A stretch of DNA of 48,686 nucleotides, taken from positions 1 through 48,686 of the forward strand of contig JALHPI010000003.1 in NCBI GenBank assembly GCA_022842585.1, given 5' to 3'. Both the position numbers and the translations under genes were made by a program. This document shows positions 43,730-48,686 of this stretch, one piece after another; position 1 is the first letter of the stretch; every line of letters begins with the position of its first letter. The notes under the pieces were generated by a model. That model ran no database searches and was not told the DNA's origin. It saw nothing but the letters and a program-made list of their open reading frames with translations. This DNA comes from Minisyncoccota bacterium (lineage in GTDB: Bacteria; Patescibacteriota; Minisyncoccia; Phycocordibacterales; Phycocordibacteraceae).

Positions 43730-43812
43730 CCGCGACGCCTGATTTTTACGAAGAGAGCCCGCGTAAAAATCATGCGAAAGTGTCCAGTAGAAATTCGTTC
43801 CGAATTTCTACT
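43730..43812 (-). repeat. Inverted copy of the 42901-42985 repeat
   Basis: Minus strand: palindrome + GGACACTTTCGCAT + hairpin + AGGCGTCGCGG. Confidence 0.65.
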
Positions 43813-44953
43813 TACCCTTTTTCTTCGGACCGGTAAACGCAAGCGTCATGCGCTGGTCTTTCGGTTCAAATACTTTAATGGAGAACGGATAGGTCTTGCC
43901 TAGTTCGAGGTTCTCACGAAGTTCCGCAGGGGATGCGAATTCCGAGATGTGCACGAGACCGGCCACGCCTTCCTCAACGGAGGCGAGTGCGCCGTGCTTG
44001 TTGTATTTGATGACGACGCCGTGTACCTCCATACCCTTCTTGTAGCGTTCCGTAGCTGCCTTCCAAGGATTTTCCTTGAGTGCTTTGACGGAGAGCGATA
44101 CCTTGCCGTCCTTGATTTCAATTACCTTCACACTCACTTTGTCGCCGACTTTGAAGAGAGCACGAGGGTCTTCGACGAGGCCCCAATCAAGCTCGCTGAT
44201 ATGCACGAGCCCTTCAAGACCTTGCTCGAGCTTCACGAAGATTCCGAAATCAACGGCGCCCGTGACTTCGCCCTCAACCGTGTCACCCACCTGGTACTTG
44301 TCGATGAGAGACGTCTTTTCTTCGTCCTCAGCGCCGGTGCGCTCAGAGAAGATAAGTTTACCTTCCTTTGCGTCCGCCGTGATAACGCGGACCGAGAGCG
44401 GCATACCCACAAGCTTGCCGAGTTCGCCGAGAATCTTTTCCTTATCTCCTTCAGGTACGCGCGGGTAGTGCTCCTTGCCGAGCTGGCTTGCAGGGAGGAA
44501 GCCCTGGATGCCCTGCCACGTGAGGATGAGGCCGCCCTTGTTCGCCTCTTCGACGATGAGCGTGTAGACCGAGCCTGAAAGGATAGCCTGTTCCGCTTCG
44601 CCCCAGATAGCCGCCTGACGAGCTTCCTTGAGGGAAAGCTCGATGTAGCCTTCGATGCCGGACGGGTCTACGACTTTTGCCGTAATCTGGTCGCCCGGGT
44701 TCGCCTTGCGGAGCACGTCTGCGGCGTTCAGGTATTCGCGACCGTAAATGATACCGGTACCAAACGGTGGGAGGTCTACGTAGAGGCGTCCGCGCACGAG
44801 CGCGATGATGGTGCCTTCGATGATGTCGCCCGCCTTTGGAGGAGTCGCGATGGAATCAATAAGACCGGCCATCGGGTGGCCTTCGGCAAGGATAATGGTA
44901 ACGGGTTCAATTTTCTGCACGTCCGCTTTTGGAGCGGTAGTTTCTTCTGACAT
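43808..44953 (-). CDS. rpsA: 30S ribosomal protein S1 (four S1 domains)
   Basis: GFLPASQL, FGIFV...EGLVHISEL, GLVHISE; ATG 44953 chosen as start. Confidence 0.9.
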   Translation of the reverse strand: MSEETTAPKADVQKIEPVTIILAEGHPMAGLIDSIATPPKAGDIIEGTIIALVRGRLYVDLPPFGTGIIYGREYLNAADVLRKANPGDQITAKVVDPSGIEGYIELSLKEARQAAIWGEAEQAILSGSVYTLIVEEANKGGLILTWQGIQGFLPASQLGKEHYPRVPEGDKEKILGELGKLVGMPLSVRVITADAKEGKLIFSERTGAEDEEKTSLIDKYQVGDTVEGEVTGAVDFGIFVKLEQGLEGLVHISELDWGLVEDPRALFKVGDKVSVKVIEIKDGKVSLSVKALKENPWKAATERYKKGMEVHGVVIKYNKHGALASVEEGVAGLVHISEFASPAELRENLELGKTYPFSIKVFEPKDQRMTLAFTGPKKKGK

Positions 44954-45000
44954 ATGTTTTTGTATAGAATCGAGAGGGTCTGCACCGCGGGTACTTTCCA

Positions 45001-45021
45001 TGTCAAGGTGACACCTTGACA
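45001..45021. repeat. 21-bp palindrome in the rpsA leader
   Basis: TGTCAAGGTG-A-CACCTTGACA, matching 19633-19653. Confidence 0.7.
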
Positions 45022-45451
45022 TGAGAAGAGGGTTAGCCCGCTTGCGCCTTACGCACGCCACTCTTGACCTTCGGACTATAGCATAGGTCGTATAAAACAA
45101 AAGGCCCGAAAGCGCTTTGCTTTACGGGACCTTGCGGCTCCAGTGGGGAGGTCTTTGTCTGACCTCCCCACCTTCGCATAGACGACCAGCTGGGGTTGGG
45201 GCTGGGTGCTGGCCGCCTAAGAAGAACTTGTGTAAGCATCATATATCAAGTATGAAAATTGTCAAGTCTTGCTTGCCTATATACAAGAAAGGCTCGCCCG
45301 AAAGCGAGACCCTTGTTGGACGTGTGGGGAGCGATTGTGGTCGCTCCCACACAGCCCCTTTCCTAAAACTGGCTCTCTCGAGCTCTTCCTTCAGCCGAGG
45401 GCTTCAGGCATTCCGTTTCAGCTCTATGCTGGCATTGCCCGATGCGTGGGA

Positions 45452-45580
45452 CTAGCCGGCGCCGCTGAAGTCCTTCACGGCCATTGCGTTATCGATCTTG
45501 GCGCCTTGCTGCTGTTGCATCGCCGTCTGGGCGAGCTTGGCGGTTGTCGCAGGATCGTGGACTTTACGGATTGTGGCCAT
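45452..45580 (-). CDS. Candidate 42-aa peptide
   Basis: GAGGAG SD; MATIRKVHDPATTAKLAQTAMQQQQGAKIDNAMAVKDFSGAG*. Confidence 0.5.
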   Translation of the reverse strand: MATIRKVHDPATTAKLAQTAMQQQQGAKIDNAMAVKDFSGAG

Positions 45581-45923
45581 TGGAGTGTCTCCTCTAGACC
45601 GTTTCAGGGAACCCCTTTTCAGGGTTGCTTCAGTTCGGGATATGCACCCTCACCTCCACAAAAAAGAGCCTACTCCTCTATCTCAATTCTGCAATAGCGT
45701 AGGGGTGCGTATAAAAAACGAAAGGCCCGCATGAAGCGGGGCCTTGTGCGCGTGCGGGGCAGAAAGGAAGTAATGAACTGAGCCCGTTCATCCTTTTCCT
45801 CTCTGCACCGGCTTACCGTGTGTGTATGGTCGAGCCCACTAGCTTCCATCAACCTTTTGGGTATCAGGGCTCTTTTGGGTGCTCGGCGTTTCGTCTCCCT
45901 ATATCATGTCTGATCACGGATCA

Positions 45924-45998
45924 TCAGATGGCGGCCTGCGCGACGTCGACGGTTGCTTGCGTTTGCGCAAGACGGGTCGGATCATGCTGGTGCTTCAT
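45924..45998 (-). CDS. Candidate 24-aa peptide
   Basis: Full AAGGAGGTGA SD; MKHQHDPTRLAQTQATVDVAQAAI*. Confidence 0.5.
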   Translation of the reverse strand: MKHQHDPTRLAQTQATVDVAQAAI

Positions 45999-46533
45999 CT
46001 TTTTCACCTCCTTCCTTTGTCGGGTGGACGAGCCGAACGGAATACCTTCCGAGCGGTAGTGGCGATACTACTCCTATGTATTACAAATGCAATAGGTCTT
46101 ATCTGGATAAAAAATGCGCACGGCGTCGCCGTGCGGTTTTATATGCAAAAGGGAAACCGGACGGAGGCTGCGCGACTCTCGGAAGAGTTGCGGAGCGCCG
46201 CCCGGTCCAATCCCTACTTACGCGAGTACTACGTAGGGACTGTGTACCCCAGCCTTATCCGATACACGTCCGGCGTGTCCTGTCCGGAAGTGTGAGTCGG
46301 TAGACCGACTCGATGGGTGGACCCGTTGCTTGCTTTGTGTCGGCCATCAGTGATGACTCCAAACACGACCTAGTTTCTAGGTGAAGCGGAGTAGCTGCCA
46401 CGCGTACCCCTACCGGACACGTCCTGCTTACGCTCAGACGGCCGGTACCTCAATGGTCTATGTAAAAGCAAGACATTGCAAGGGAAAAACCGTATGTACG
46501 CCGCACGGGAATCGCGGTATAATTTCCCGCATC

Positions 46534-47175
46534 ATGGTTATCACCCACCACGGCGGTCAGTGCTTCAAAGTGACGTTCGGCGACCTCACGCTCGTGTTCG
46601 ACCCAATTTCAAAAACGGGCACCCTACCGGGAGTTCGCTTCGGTGCAGACATTGCACTTGTTTCGCGCAATCATCCGGATATGAATGGTGTCGCGGAAGT
46701 CACCTATGGGGAAAAAGAACCGTTTGCGATTGCGGGCCCTGGAGAGTACGAGTACGGAGGAGTCACGGTGCAGGGCTTTCTCACGAAAAGCGAGTACGGA
46801 CTTGCAAAAGGCCAAGCCGATGCGGTCAATACCATATATAGCGTGAAGCTTGAAGGTATGACCATCGTCCACCTCGGTGCGCTCTCAGACACGACCCTTC
46901 CAGCTGACGCCAAAGAAGCCATCGATGAAATCGACGTACTATTCCTCCCGGTAGGAGGCGACGGAGTGCTTGATGCCGCACAGGCGGCGAAGCTTGCGAC
47001 CATGCTTGAGCCGAAGCTCATCGTGCCGATGCATTGGAGCGGTATGGGCGCCGCCAAATCACTTGAGGCGTATATTAAGGAAGAGGGCGGTAATTCCGAA
47101 AAAGTAGACAAACTCACCCTGAAGAAAAAAGATGTCCTTGACAAGGATGGTGATATAATGGTGATAACACCGTAA
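46534..47175 (+). CDS. Metallo-beta-lactamase-fold hydrolase
   Basis: CFK...FDP, PGEYE, HLGAL, IDVLFLPVGG, IVPMH; TATAAT upstream. Confidence 0.85.
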   Translation: MVITHHGGQCFKVTFGDLTLVFDPISKTGTLPGVRFGADIALVSRNHPDMNGVAEVTYGEKEPFAIAGPGEYEYGGVTVQGFLTKSEYGLAKGQADAVNTIYSVKLEGMTIVHLGALSDTTLPADAKEAIDEIDVLFLPVGGDGVLDAAQAAKLATMLEPKLIVPMHWSGMGAAKSLEAYIKEEGGNSEKVDKLTLKKKDVLDKDGDIMVITP

Positions 47176-47179
47176 CCGT

Positions 47180-47539
47180 ATGGATATACGCGACTACATC
47201 GAGGAACTGCGAAGGAAGCCGGAACATATCCGACAACGAATTGCCATCGGGAGCTCAATCGGTATCACCGGTCTCGTATTTGTCGGATGGCTCACCGCGC
47301 TCACGACTTCCGGAACACTCGCGAGCCAGCCGACGATAGCGGACGCGCATGAAGCGGAACAAATGAGTGCGGCGGTAGAGGCGACCAAGTCCAATTTTTC
47401 TGAACTACTCGGCGCCGTCGGTTCTATCCAGGCTCCGTCGCAAAATGAGGGCGGACTCCAGATAGTGGATGCGACTACGACCACGACGTTTGATACGCCT
47501 TCAGACCCGCTTGAAGGCAAGACGGTGATACCGTTTTAA
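47180..47539 (+). CDS. Single-pass membrane hypothetical protein
   Basis: KPEHIRQRIA followed by a TM segment. Confidence 0.7.
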   Translation: MDIRDYIEELRRKPEHIRQRIAIGSSIGITGLVFVGWLTALTTSGTLASQPTIADAHEAEQMSAAVEATKSNFSELLGAVGSIQAPSQNEGGLQIVDATTTTTFDTPSDPLEGKTVIPF

Positions 47540-47575
47540 TAAAATGTTATGAGTAGAACGAATTAGATTTTATTA

Positions 47576-47683
47576 ACCCAGCCCCACTTTCCAACATGAC
47601 AACTTTTTATGTCGTTTTAAGTTTAAAACTCGGAAACCGTTCTTTCGGTAGTAGAACGACGTATGTGGAAAGTGGAGCTGGGT
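47576..47683. mobile_element. Intergenic member of the CCAGCCCCA hairpin family, upstream of gyrA
   Basis: ACCCAGCCCCACTTTCCA / TGGAAAGTGGAGCTGGGT (one mismatch), AT-rich interior with small stems. Confidence 0.75.
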
Positions 47684-47723
47684 CTAAGATTTCTTAACTC
47701 GCTTCGCTCTAACGAAATCTAAG

Positions 47724-48686
47724 ATGGCAAAAAAAGAGGTACAACCTGAAGAACCGATGACGGTTGCAAATGTCATAGACCAGTCGATTACGACCGAGAT
47801 GCGCTCGAGCTATCTCGACTACGCGATGTCGGTCATCACCTCACGTGCCTTGCCGGACGTGCGCGACGGCTTGAAGCCGGTGCATCGCCGCATCCTCTAC
47901 GCTATGCGTATGACCGGACTCACGCCTACGGCGAAGTTCCGCAAGTCGGCTACCGTAGTGGGAGAAGTGCTCGGAAGTTACCACCCGCACGGCGATGCGT
48001 CCGTGTATGACGCGATGGTGAAGCTCGCGCAGGATTTCTCCACCCGCTATCCGCTCGTCGCCGGCCAAGGTAACTTCGGTTCCATCGACGGAGACCCGCC
48101 TGCAGCCTACCGCTACACCGAAGCGAAGATGTCGCGCCTTGCGGACGAAATGCTCCGTGACCTTGAAAAGGAGACCGTCACCTGGTCCCCGAACTTCGAT
48201 GGAAGCAAGCAGGAACCGAACGTGTTGCCGGCTGCTGCCCCGAATCTTCTTTTGAACGGCACGCTCGGGATTGCGGTCGGTATGGCGACAAACATTCCGC
48301 CACACAATCTCCGCGAAGTCGTGGACGCCTCCATCCATCTCATAGACAACGACGATGCGACGACCGACGACCTGTTGGAATTCGTGAAGGGTCCGGACTT
48401 CCCGCTCGGCGGCATTGCCTTCAATCAGACCGACATCAAGCAGGCGTACACGAGCGGTCGCGGTGGCGTGGTGTGTCGCGGTGTTGCGGAAATCGTAGAG
48501 GACAAGAAAGGAAGCTCCATCATCATCACGTCCATTCCGTTTCGCGTAAACAAGGCGGACCTCATAACGCGCATCGCTGACCTTGTGCGCGACAAGAAGC
48601 TTGAAGGTATCAAGGACCTGCGAGACGAGTCCGCTGAAGACATCCGCGTCGTGGTGGAGCTTAAGGGTACCGCGCACCCCCAGGCC
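47724..48686 (+). CDS. gyrA: DNA gyrase subunit A, partial (runs off the window end)
   Basis: Own translation: [62 protein letters not shown]. Confidence 0.97.
   Translation, partial: MAKKEVQPEEPMTVANVIDQSITTEMRSSYLDYAMSVITSRALPDVRDGLKPVHRRILYAMRMTGLTPTAKFRKSATVVGEVLGSYHPHGDASVYDAMVKLAQDFSTRYPLVAGQGNFGSIDGDPPAAYRYTEAKMSRLADEMLRDLEKETVTWSPNFDGSKQEPNVLPAAAPNLLLNGTLGIAVGMATNIPPHNLREVVDASIHLIDNDDATTDDLLEFVKGPDFPLGGIAFNQTDIKQAYTSGRGGVVCRGVAEIVEDKKGSSIIITSIPFRVNKADLITRIADLVRDKKLEGIKDLRDESAEDIRVVVELKGTAHPQA

Noticed and set aside
44954-45100. N-terminal extension of rpsA
   Set aside because: It covers promoter and structured leader sequence; the MSEETT start is more plausible
47841-48677. 278-aa minus-strand ORF
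   Set aside because: Antisense shadow of gyrA, which the ORF track missed because it has no stop codon in the window

Overview
The window looks like chromosomal DNA from a reduced-genome bacterium. The gene content and compact layout suggest CPR/Parcubacteria, but that assignment is an inference. Housekeeping genes include riboflavin genes, murJ, lepA, valS, tsaD/tsaC, ahcY, purF, prs, trxB, ftsZ/ftsA, ybeY, rpsU, lepB, pth, rpsA and partial gyrA, plus seven tRNAs. The main finding is the RNase P RNA gene (rnpB, 5131-5978), expanded to about 848 nt by three insertions with related CCAGCCCCA...TGGGGCTGG terminal inverted repeats. Two insertions are ~126-nt non-coding structured modules. The third (307 bp) encodes an 87-aa GIY-YIG nuclease. 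Related copies lie upstream of gyrA and upstream of prs, suggesting an undescribed nuclease plus hairpin-MITE system that sits in peripheral helices of an essential ribozyme. Intergenic DNA also holds several other repeat families with conserved junctions and variable stems: tRNA 3'-associated, tRNA 5'-associated, stop-codon-associated, and ~155-nt multibranched elements. There are also candidate small RNAs and peptides, a LAGLIDADG gene overlapping tRNA-Ser, and an interrupted lepA. Coordinates and pairings were read by eye and need computational confirmation.
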